DNA from: Candidatus Sericytochromatia bacterium
GTDB lineage: Bacteria > Cyanobacteriota > Sericytochromatia > S15B-MN24 > UBA4093
Direction: 5' to 3'
Length of the DNA stretch: 64,000 bases
NCBI GenBank assembly: GCA_036676495.1
Contig: JAKFCT010000047.1
Location: forward strand, 32,001 to 96,000
The position numbers and the translations under genes were made by a program. Within the stretch, counting starts at the first letter, position 1, and every line of letters begins with the position of its first letter. This document shows positions 18,834 to 27,070 of this stretch, in pieces. The notes beneath the pieces were generated by a model. The model was not told the DNA's origin. It searched no databases and was given only the letters and a program-made list of their open reading frames with translations.

Positions 18834-20957
18834 TCATTGCCGCTTTCGTCGCGGCGGAGCGTCATTTCCCGGCGCCTCCACGATGCCGGGGCAGGAGTCG
18901 GCGGCATCCTTCCGCCAGCGCACGCAGCCAAAGCCTTTGCCGGAGGGGAACTTCCGGGTCGGCGCTTTGCAAACGGGGCAGGGCGGGTTCGCCAGGGCCT
19001 CGACCTCCATGATGAAGCCGCAGGCCTCACGTCCCCGCGAGCAGCAGAAGTACTCACGCCCGTTCTTTTGGCTTAGAACCCTGCGGGTGAGGGCTCCGCA
19101 GCGCAGGCAGGTCGGGTTCTCGAACATCGCCGCGACGTCCGCCTGAGCGACGGGAGCGGCGCTTGGGCGCTTGCGGCCGCCCCGAGGAGGCTTGCGCGCG
19201 GACGCCGTGGTTGGCCGGCTGGAGGCCGTGGTTGGCCGGCTCCGGGGGGAGAGGGGCCCCACCTGAGCGGCGTCGAGCATGGGGGAAAAGCCGTCCCAAA
19301 AGACGGAGAGGAAGTGATCCCATGACTCCTCCGCCTCCGCGATCCGGTCGAGGTCCGCCTCCAGCTGGGCCGTGAACCCCTCGTGAATGATCGCCGCGAA
19401 GTGCTTGCGCAGTTCGGCATCGAGCCTTTCCCCGCGCTCCGTGCATGCGAGGAACTTCCGATCGACCTTGGCCACGAACTCCTTGCGCAAGATGAGCGAG
19501 ACCATCGAGGCAAAGGTACTCGGTCTCCCGATCCCCTTCTCTTCGAGGTACTTGATGAGGGTGGCCTCGGTGAAGCGGTCGGGCGGCTTGCTCCAGTGCT
19601 GCTTGGACGCCAAATGCAGCAGGGCGAGGACTTGATCGGCCGTGAGCGCGGGGAGCCGGGTCTCCTTGGCGTCCCGATCGTCGAGGAGCTTGAGATAGCC
19701 GTGCTGCTTGAGGACGCGGCCGCTGGCCTTGAGCAGGGACTCGCCCGCCGAGATCCAGGCCTCCGTCGCGTCGAAGAGGGCGGGCCGGCACTGACTCGCC
19801 AGGTAGACCTTGGTGATGAGTTCGTAGAGCTGGCATGCGCGCGAATCGAGGCCGGATCCCGGCCTCTCGCCCAGCCGGGTGGGCCGGATGCACTCATGCG
19901 CGCCCTGGGCGCCGGCCGACTTCGCCTTGTGGAGGTTGGGTTTGGCGGGGACGACCTCGGCTCCATGGCGCTCCCGTAGGAAGTCGAGGGTCTCTTTCTG
20001 GAACTCGGGACTGACGGAGGGCTCGTCGGTGCGGATGTAGGTGACCAGGCCGGCCTCGAAAAGCGCCTTGGCATGGCGGGTGGTCTCGTCGGTGCCCATC
20101 TTGAGCTGACTCGAGGCTTGCTGGAGCATGGTGCTGGTGATCAGCGGAGCGGGGGGATTGCGCTTCACCTCCTTGCAGGAGAGGCGGGAAACGACGTGCG
20201 GCACGCCGCGCAGCGCCTGGGCGATCGCCTCCGCCTCCTCGCGCGTCGCGATCGTTTGCTTCCGGGGTAGCCGGCCCTCCGCAAGCTTGCCACCCGGGAG
20301 CTTGGCATAGAAATCCGCCTCGAAGCTCGCCTCCGCGGCCCCCGAGGGATCGCGGTAGCGCGCATGCACCGACCAGGATTCCTCGGGCGTGAAGGTTCGA
20401 ATCGCGTGCTCGCGATCGACCACGACCCGGAGGGCCACGGATTGCACGCGCCCCGCCGAGAGCTGCTGATCGCCGGGCAAGCGGTTGCGCACGATGGGAC
20501 TGACCTTGTAGCCCACCAGGCGATCGAGGATGCGCCGCGCCTGCTGCGCGTAGACCAGATTCATGTCGAGGGCCCGGATCCGCGCGAAGGCCCGGTCGAG
20601 TCCTTCACGGGTGATCTCGTGGAACTCGAGGCGCTGCACCTGGCGGCTCGACAGGCCGATGGTCTCGGCGATGTGCCACCCGATCGCCTCTCCCTCGCGA
20701 TCGGCGTCCGAGGCCACGAAGATCTGCTCGGGCCGGTAGCGGTTCTTGAGGGCCTTGAGCTTGGCCACCACGTCCTTGCGCTCCGAGGCATAGACGTAAC
20801 TGGGTTCGAAGCGGCGATCGATGGCGACCCCCAGGTCTTTCTCCGGAAGGTCCCGGAAATGCCCCACGGTCGCGATGACCTCGTAGGCGGACCCGAGCAG
20901 CTGTCGGATCGTCTTGGCCTTGTTGGGAGATTCGACGATGATGACCCGGTTTGCCAT
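18834..20957 (-). CDS. topA: Type IA DNA topoisomerase (TopA-like) with C-terminal Zn ribbons
   Basis: IVESPNKAKTI, DADREGEAI, SAGRVQS, catalytic TYIRTD, GIGRPST, CxxC pairs. Confidence 0.9.
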   Translation of the reverse strand: MANRVIIVESPNKAKTIRQLLGSAYEVIATVGHFRDLPEKDLGVAIDRRFEPSYVYASERKDVVAKLKALKNRYRPEQIFVASDADREGEAIGWHIAETIGLSSRQVQRLEFHEITREGLDRAFARIRALDMNLVYAQQARRILDRLVGYKVSPIVRNRLPGDQQLSAGRVQSVALRVVVDREHAIRTFTPEESWSVHARYRDPSGAAEASFEADFYAKLPGGKLAEGRLPRKQTIATREEAEAIAQALRGVPHVVSRLSCKEVKRNPPAPLITSTMLQQASSQLKMGTDETTRHAKALFEAGLVTYIRTDEPSVSPEFQKETLDFLRERHGAEVVPAKPNLHKAKSAGAQGAHECIRPTRLGERPGSGLDSRACQLYELITKVYLASQCRPALFDATEAWISAGESLLKASGRVLKQHGYLKLLDDRDAKETRLPALTADQVLALLHLASKQHWSKPPDRFTEATLIKYLEEKGIGRPSTFASMVSLILRKEFVAKVDRKFLACTERGERLDAELRKHFAAIIHEGFTAQLEADLDRIAEAEESWDHFLSVFWDGFSPMLDAAQVGPLSPRSRPTTASSRPTTASARKPPRGGRKRPSAAPVAQADVAAMFENPTCLRCGALTRRVLSQKNGREYFCCSRGREACGFIMEVEALANPPCPVCKAPTRKFPSGKGFGCVRWRKDAADSCPGIVEAPGNDAPPRRKRQ

Positions 20958-20974
20958 GGGCGCCCTCCTGGTAA

Positions 20975-20992
20975 ATGGAACATATGTTCCAT
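20975..20992. promoter_or_regulatory. Palindrome containing GAAC-N4-GTTC (LexA/SOS-box-like)
   Basis: atggaacatatgttccat, 17 bp upstream of the topA-like start codon. Confidence 0.65.
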
Positions 20993-21031
20993 CCTACTGC
21001 ATCGCGCGCGCTTCCACCAGCCGATCGATTC

Positions 21032-21045
21032 AGGACACATGTCCT
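21032..21045. promoter_or_regulatory. Palindrome AGGACA-ca-TGTCCT, candidate operator for the adjacent Crp/Fnr regulator
   Basis: Perfect 6-2-6 dyad about 60 bp upstream of the DMT-Crp-DMT operon. Confidence 0.6.
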
Positions 21046-21104
21046 ATTCGCGCCGCGGGGATCGCGGCTTTAATCGAAGAGACACCCGAATCGAGGAGTT
21101 TTCC

Positions 21105-21530
21105 ATGCGAGGAATCTGGTTTGCGCTGCTGGCCGGCGCCTGCCTCACGCTGCAAAACGTGGCCAACGCGCAGATGGGCCGCGACATCGGCACCTGGCAA
21201 ACCGCGACGCTGACGCAGTTGACCGGCGGCCTCGTGGCCCTGGCGATCGCGATCGCCCTACGAACCGGTGGGTGGCAACCCTTCAAGCGAGTGAAGCCTC
21301 TGTATTTGACGGGGGGCGCCTTGGGGGCCGTGATCGTTTTCAGCTGCGTCACGGCGGTGCAACAAATCGGAGTTACCATGGCGGTGGCGGTGCTGCTGAT
21401 CGCCCAGCTGAGCATGACGGTCCTGGTCGATCGCAACGGCTGGTTCGGCATGGCGAAACAGGCGATCCGGCTCCCGCAGGTCGTCGGCCTCGGCCTGATG
21501 ATCGCCGGCGTGGCGATCCTGCAGTCCTGA
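21105..21530 (+). CDS. DMT family transporter (YdcZ-like)
   Basis: Q...N motif, GGALG, AQL....VDRNGWFG. GAGGAG RBS. Confidence 0.85.
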   Translation: MRGIWFALLAGACLTLQNVANAQMGRDIGTWQTATLTQLTGGLVALAIAIALRTGGWQPFKRVKPLYLTGGALGAVIVFSCVTAVQQIGVTMAVAVLLIAQLSMTVLVDRNGWFGMAKQAIRLPQVVGLGLMIAGVAILQS

Positions 21531-21579
21531 AGGCGGCGCCGGGGCCTCGCGGGGGGCTCGGCGAAGGGGTAAACGGTTC

Positions 21580-22278
21580 TTGAGAGACATCCACGATCGC
21601 GCGCAACTGGATCGCCACCTCCGGGCGTATGGCCTCGAGGCCCTCTTCCCCGAGGCCTTGCAGCCGTATCTCTCGCTCGTCGAGTTCGAGCCCGGGGATC
21701 TCATCTGCACCCAGGGCGCGCCCGCCGAGACCCTGTACCTCCTGGTCAAGGGCAAGGTGAAGGTGTATACCACCTCGGCGGAGGGCAAGTCGCTGATCCT
21801 CTCGTTCAAGAGGCCGCTCGACCTGTTCGGGGACATCGAGCACGTCCATCGGGCGACCATCCTCAACACGGTCGAGGCCGTGTCGCCCGTCTCGATGATC
21901 GCGGTGCATGACCGCTGGCTGAGGGCCCACGCGAGCGACCACGCGCCGTTGCTGCAGTTCATGCTGGAGACCATGGCCGGGAAGTTCTACCAGATGGCCA
22001 ACGCCATGAGCTTCAACCTGATGCACCCCGTGGAGGTGCGCCTCGCGAGCTACCTGCTCTCCGTCTCGTTCGACGAGGTCGACTCCCCGCTCGGCGAGGC
22101 GAAGGGCGCCATCCCCTTGACCGACACGGCGAACCTGATCGGCACCAGCTACCGCCACCTGAACCGGGTCATCCGCCAGTTCTGCGCCGAGGACTTGATC
22201 GCGCGCCATCGCGGGGGGATCCGGATCAAGGACCGCGAGCGGTTGAGCGCGTTGGCCGGCCGCAACATCTACGAGTAG
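21580..22278 (+). CDS. Crp/Fnr-family transcriptional regulator
   Basis: cNMP domain LYLLVKGKVKV...FGDIE, HTH ANLIGTSYRHLNRVI. Confidence 0.9.
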   Translation: MRDIHDRAQLDRHLRAYGLEALFPEALQPYLSLVEFEPGDLICTQGAPAETLYLLVKGKVKVYTTSAEGKSLILSFKRPLDLFGDIEHVHRATILNTVEAVSPVSMIAVHDRWLRAHASDHAPLLQFMLETMAGKFYQMANAMSFNLMHPVEVRLASYLLSVSFDEVDSPLGEAKGAIPLTDTANLIGTSYRHLNRVIRQFCAEDLIARHRGGIRIKDRERLSALAGRNIYE

Positions 22279-22313
22279 CGTCATGCCGTCGCGCGTGATC
22301 GCATAAGGAGGGA

Positions 22314-22796
22314 ATGGGAATGGTATCGGGCCTCTTGTCGGCCCTCGTGGGCGGGGCGTTGGTCGCGCTGCAGAGTATCTTCAACAGCAAGGTGAACGAG
22401 CACGTCAACGTCTGGGCCACCACGGCCTGGGTCCTGGGCCTGGGGGCCCTGGCGTCGCTGGCGCTCGGGCTGTTCATGGAAGGAGCCTCCCTGTTCACCC
22501 TGCGGGCCATGCAGCCCTGGTACTGGGGCAGCGGCATCCTCGGCATCGGGGTGACCATCGGCATGGTGCAGGGCATCCGGCGGCTCGGCCCCTCGTTCGC
22601 CGTCTCGATCGTGCTGGCCTCCCAGCTCGCGTTCGCCTCGTTCTGGGATGCCATGGGCTGGTTGGGCGTGGCGCAAACCCCGCTATCGCCCAAGCGGCTG
22701 CTCGGGGTGCTGGTCATCACCGCTGGCGTGCTCGTCTTCAAGCTGGGCGGCGGGCGCGCCCCCGGGACGGCACCCGAGCCTGCCGGCGTCCGCTGA
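22314..22796 (+). CDS. DMT family transporter (YdcZ-like)
   Basis: LQSIFN, SQL....WDAMGWLG. Paralogue of 21105-21530. Confidence 0.85.
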   Translation: MGMVSGLLSALVGGALVALQSIFNSKVNEHVNVWATTAWVLGLGALASLALGLFMEGASLFTLRAMQPWYWGSGILGIGVTIGMVQGIRRLGPSFAVSIVLASQLAFASFWDAMGWLGVAQTPLSPKRLLGVLVITAGVLVFKLGGGRAPGTAPEPAGVR

Positions 22797-22856
22797 CGCC
22801 GCGCGCCCGGAGACCCCCATGAGACGACGTTCGACTTCTGCCCTGGAGAATGCCGC

Positions 22857-23579
22857 GTGAAACGTTACCGCAACTTGCTTTTTGACGTGGATGACACGCT
22901 GCTGGATTTCGGTGCGGCCGAGCGCCATGCCTTGCGCTTGCTGTTCGAGGAGCACGCGTTTCCCTTCACCCCGGAGACCGAAGCCGCCTATCGGCGCATC
23001 AACCAGGAGCTCTGGCTTTCCTTCGAACGAGGGGCCATCTCGCGGGACGAGGTGCTGCACAGCCGCCACACGCGCCTTTTCGCGGAGTTCGGTCGCGAGG
23101 TCGACGGCGCGAAGCTGGACCGGATCTTCAGCCGTCACCTCGAAGCGGGACACCAGCTCGTGAACGGGGCGTTCGAGTTGATCGTCAGCCTGCAGGACGA
23201 CTACGGCCTGTACCTCGTCACCAACGGCGTCTCCCGGATTCAGGACCAGCGCCTCCGGGGATCGGGCCTGCATCCGCTGTTCAAGGGCATCTTCGTGTCG
23301 GAGGACACGGGGTACCAAAAGCCGATGAAGCAGTATTTCGACTATGTCTTCGCCCGCATTCCGGGATTCTCGGCCCGCGAAACCCTGATCATCGGGGACT
23401 CGCTGAGCGCGGACATTCAGGGCGGTCACGGCGCGGGCCTGGACACCTGCTGGTTCAACCCCGGAGCGAAGCCCCATGGCCATGGCGTGACGCCCACCTA
23501 CGAGATCCGGCGGCTCGACGACCTGCATCGGATTCTGAGATCGGCCCCTCCGCGCCAAACGACAAGCGGTCGCGCGTGA
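22857..23579 (+). CDS. HAD nucleotidase, YjjG/YfnB family
   Basis: FDVDDTLLDF, VTNG, GYQKP, IGDSLSADIQGG. Confidence 0.9.
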   Translation: MKRYRNLLFDVDDTLLDFGAAERHALRLLFEEHAFPFTPETEAAYRRINQELWLSFERGAISRDEVLHSRHTRLFAEFGREVDGAKLDRIFSRHLEAGHQLVNGAFELIVSLQDDYGLYLVTNGVSRIQDQRLRGSGLHPLFKGIFVSEDTGYQKPMKQYFDYVFARIPGFSARETLIIGDSLSADIQGGHGAGLDTCWFNPGAKPHGHGVTPTYEIRRLDDLHRILRSAPPRQTTSGRA

Positions 23580-23636
23580 GCAACCTCGGCCCGTGACAGG
23601 CCCCGGATTCGCCGGATCAGGAACGGCCGCCCCCTC

Positions 23637-23698
23637 ACGTTCAAGTCTCCCCGCGCCGTGAGGCGCTTTCACGAGGCTCAACATCTCGAGTGGCCATT
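23637..23698. repeat. Degenerate att-like junction (ychF-tail remnant + conserved motif)
   Basis: acgttcaag at 23637 and gctcaacatctcgagtggccatt at 23676, the same 39-nt offset as the sites at 35689 and 38638. Confidence 0.65.
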
Positions 23699-23831
23699 GC
23701 CACGTCGAAAGGGAGCACCCTCTTGTTCCGTTTGGCCGTAATTCTTGCTCGCTTGCTTCTAGGTCAGGAGACGCTCCGATTTGTAAGCTGTCGCCGTGAC
23801 ACAAAAACCCACCATCGACACGGAGACAAGC

Positions 23832-25505
23832 ATGAAAAATTTTCACCTGCTCCTCGCAACCACGGTAGCCACCACCCTCTTGGGGTGCCAGCAACTGGCA
23901 CATCCCCCCATGACCTCCCCCATCTCCTCGGAGGGCCCTGACGGCAAGACAGGCTTCAACCTGCAGAGCACCGCAACGCAAGCAGGGGACATCGCGTGGA
24001 ACCACCCGTTCGGAACAACTGCCCAAGACGAGGCCTTCGGGCTATCCGCCGCTGCCAACTTCCTGACGGTCGTCGGGCGCACGTACGGTACCTTTCCCGG
24101 ACAAAATGCCTCGGGGGGTAGCGATGCTTACGCCCGAAAATACGACGACAACGGGAACGAGGTTTGGACCCGACAGTTCGGATCGACGTCCGATGATCGA
24201 GCCAATGGCGTCGTGACGGATGCCAGCGGGAACAGCTACGTGGTGGGAAGCGCCAACGCGGCATTACCCGGACAAACTCCCGTCGGGGGGAGCGACGCCT
24301 ACGTCCGAAAATACGATATCAACGGCAACGAGGTTTGGACCCGACAATTTGGCACGCTCGATTTTGATGACGGCCTGAGCATCGCCCTCGACGATACCAA
24401 CCATCTTTATGTCGTTGGACAGACGTTCGGGACTTTGCCTGGGCAAACGAAGTTCGGACTCTTCAGTGCCGATGCGTACATTCGAAAATACGATGGCAAT
24501 GGAAACGAAGTTTGGACCCGACAGTTCGGAACGGGCGGCTCCGAGGTCGCGTTTTCCGTAACCGTGGATAGCGGCAGCGTCTACGTTGCAGGAACCGTGA
24601 GCGGGGTCTTTCTTCCGGAGAGCAATTCGGGAGGGTTTGATGCCTTTGTCAGGAAGTATGACGCGAACGGCAATGCGCTCTGGACCCGGCAGTTCGGTTC
24701 TTCCGCTATGGACCAAGTGAGCGGTGTTGCAGCCGACGCGACCGGCGTGTACCTCGCAGGCGTCACCGATGGAATCTTGCCGGGGCAAAGTAGCTCAGGC
24801 GCTCAGGATGCCTTTGTAAGACGGTACGACGCAAGTGGCAACGAGGTTTGGACCCGGCAGTTCGGTTCTTCCTCCATGGACCGAGCAAACGGTATTGCCG
24901 TCGATGCCTCCGGCGTGTACCTCGCAGGCGTTGCAGGCAGCGCGTTACCCGGGCAAACGAGCTCAGGGGGGAACGATGCCTATGTACGAAAATATGATGT
25001 CGCCGGGAATGAGCGGTGGACCCGACAGTTTGGCACCGCATCTTTCGATGTGGCTGAAGGTATTGCCGTCCTGGCTTCAGGGATCTATGTCGCAGGAACC
25101 ACCAGCGGACCAGGCGGGTTCGACGCCTTTGTCGCGAAGCTACTCAAGGAAGCGGCGATAGTCGAGGCCGTGATCGACATCAAGCCCGGGACCTTCCCCA
25201 ATAGCCTCAATCTTAAATCTAACGGCAGCGAGCCTGTCGCCATCATGGGCAGTGGCGACGTCGACGCCTCCCAAATCAACCTTTCGTCGGTTTCCCTGGC
25301 GGGGGCCGCCATATCCCGAAAGAAGAACGGAGCTTTCCATGTGTCTTTGCTGGATATCAATGGCGATGGCCGCCTCGATCTCTTGGCCCAATTTCCCACG
25401 AAGGACTTGCAGCTCTCCCCGATGGATACCGCGGCCACGCTCGAAGGTCAATTCAACGATGGCACCGCGTTCGAAGGCACTGATTCCGTCCGGATCGTGA
25501 ACTAG
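23832..25505 (+). CDS. Lipoprotein with SBBP-type beta-propeller repeats
   Basis: Lipobox LLGC. Seven ~55-aa repeats with DA(Y/F)VRKYD..GN..WTRQFG. C-terminal IDIKPG...N domain with a DxNGDGxLD motif. Confidence 0.85.
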   Translation: MKNFHLLLATTVATTLLGCQQLAHPPMTSPISSEGPDGKTGFNLQSTATQAGDIAWNHPFGTTAQDEAFGLSAAANFLTVVGRTYGTFPGQNASGGSDAYARKYDDNGNEVWTRQFGSTSDDRANGVVTDASGNSYVVGSANAALPGQTPVGGSDAYVRKYDINGNEVWTRQFGTLDFDDGLSIALDDTNHLYVVGQTFGTLPGQTKFGLFSADAYIRKYDGNGNEVWTRQFGTGGSEVAFSVTVDSGSVYVAGTVSGVFLPESNSGGFDAFVRKYDANGNALWTRQFGSSAMDQVSGVAADATGVYLAGVTDGILPGQSSSGAQDAFVRRYDASGNEVWTRQFGSSSMDRANGIAVDASGVYLAGVAGSALPGQTSSGGNDAYVRKYDVAGNERWTRQFGTASFDVAEGIAVLASGIYVAGTTSGPGGFDAFVAKLLKEAAIVEAVIDIKPGTFPNSLNLKSNGSEPVAIMGSGDVDASQINLSSVSLAGAAISRKKNGAFHVSLLDINGDGRLDLLAQFPTKDLQLSPMDTAATLEGQFNDGTAFEGTDSVRIVN

Positions 25506-25529
25506 ACGCAGCGATCGCGCCAGACAGCA

Positions 25530-25558
25530 AGAAGCCCAGGAACTCACCCTGGGCTTCT
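25530..25558 (+). terminator. Stem-loop, probable terminator
   Basis: agaagcccagg-aactcac-cctgggcttct immediately after the propeller gene. Confidence 0.7.
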
Positions 25559-25799
25559 CGTTAAGGAACGCGCGATAAGCTGATTGCTTCTGGCACAGCC
25601 CTTCGCCAGGGGAGCGGCCTTCTCCAGGCTATCGCAACTGGCCGAAAAACCCTTGACCCATGACCGAGGCCACTTCTCGAAATCCCCCCTATCATCGAGG
25701 CGATTGCCTCCCGAGCCGCGGGGCCTCTCGGATGGGAGGTCGGGCTATGGGCGGACGCTCGAGGCGCGAGCCCCAGCGGGCATGTGCGAGGGCCGTTCG

Positions 25800-26168
25800 A
25801 TGCCGGACAAGAGCAAGCAAGAGCTGGCCCTGGAGCGCACCGACCTGGCGATGGCGCGAACGTTGTTTGCCAAGCAGCGGACCTTCGCGGCGTGGGTCCG
25901 GACCGGCCTGTCCTCGATGAGCGTCGGCTTCGGCATCGTCAAGCTGCTCCCCGACGTGGAGCCCCGCTGGCTGGTCGTCACCCTGGGCTGCGTCATGATC
26001 GTCGTCGGCGGGTCCATGCAGGTCCTCGGCTTCGGCGGCTACTACCGCGCGCACATGCGCCTCGAGGCCGCCGGCACCCGGGGCCCGCGTCTCTGGATGC
26101 TGGCCATGATCGCCGGCGGCATGCTGCTTTGCGCGATCATCATGCTCGTGCTGGTCGCGCTGGCATGA
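25800..26168 (+). CDS. DUF202 (YidH-like) membrane protein
   Basis: LALERTDLA..RT....QRTFAAWVRTGL motif. Confidence 0.85.
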   Translation: MPDKSKQELALERTDLAMARTLFAKQRTFAAWVRTGLSSMSVGFGIVKLLPDVEPRWLVVTLGCVMIVVGGSMQVLGFGGYYRAHMRLEAAGTRGPRLWMLAMIAGGMLLCAIIMLVLVALA

Positions 26169-27049
26169 GCGCGCTGCTCGGCGCCCTCGCGCAGGTCTCG
26201 ATCCTGGTCTTCGCGGTCGCCAGCATGCTGACGGTCGGCCTCAGCTACACGATCGCCCAGATCCTCGCGCCCCTGAGAGACGGCCGCGCCGTCCTGCGCA
26301 CCCTGCTCGCCAACTTCGTCCTCGTGCCCCTCCTGGCCTATGTCCTCGTCCGGGCGCTCGCGCTCCCCGCGGGCGAGGCGATGGGGCTGATGCTGCTCGC
26401 GACGGCAGGGGGGGCGCCCTTCATGATCACGCTGACGGCGATCGCGGGGGGCAACATCGGGATGGCGGCGGGGCTGCTGGTCTTGCTGATCGTCGCGACC
26501 ATGGCGATCATGCCGATCATCGTGCCGCTGCTCACGCCCGACGTCGCGGTGGATGCCATGGCGATCGCCCTCCCCCTCGTCCTGTCGATGCTGCTGCCCC
26601 TCGTCACCGGGCTGATCCTCGACTCGCGGCACCCGCGCCTGGCCGAGCGCTTGCGTCCCGTCACGAACACGCTCTCGAACCTGGCGCTGATCGCGCTGGT
26701 CGCCTCCTTGGTGGCACTCCACCTGAACGCGATCCTGCCCCTCCTCACCGTGAAAAGCGTACTCGCCACGCTGGCCTTTCCCCTCGGCGCCCTCGGCATC
26801 GGGCACCTGCTGGAGAGGCGGGGGGTCATCACGGGCGAGGTCCTCGCGATCGGCACCGCGCAGCGCAACGTCGCGGCCGCCTTGGTGGTCGCCACCCAGA
26901 ACTTCGACGATCGCGCGATCACCCTCATGATCATCTTCGTCGAGATCGTCACGTTGGCCCTGCTCTTCTCGTTCGCATGGCTGATGCGCAAGCGAAGGCC
27001 GCCCGCCAAGACGGCGGCCCATGATCACGGCGCGCCCGGCGCGTCCTGA
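26165..27049 (+). CDS. Bile acid:sodium symporter (BASS) family transporter
   Basis: LLANFVLVPLLA, GGAPF, GTAQRNVAAALVVA. Confidence 0.85.
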   Translation: MSALLGALAQVSILVFAVASMLTVGLSYTIAQILAPLRDGRAVLRTLLANFVLVPLLAYVLVRALALPAGEAMGLMLLATAGGAPFMITLTAIAGGNIGMAAGLLVLLIVATMAIMPIIVPLLTPDVAVDAMAIALPLVLSMLLPLVTGLILDSRHPRLAERLRPVTNTLSNLALIALVASLVALHLNAILPLLTVKSVLATLAFPLGALGIGHLLERRGVITGEVLAIGTAQRNVAAALVVATQNFDDRAITLMIIFVEIVTLALLFSFAWLMRKRRPPAKTAAHDHGAPGAS

Positions 27050-27070
27050 TCGGCTAGTAAAGGAGTGACC

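Noticed and set aside
25503-25521. tagacgcag..atcgcg shared with 39587-39605
   Set aside because: Short gapped match overlapping a stop codon, with no junction motif at the expected distance. Could be chance.
25655-25675. gacccatgaccgaggccactt as another junction motif
   Set aside because: Only GGCCACT matches, spacing is wrong, and there is no ychF tail upstream.
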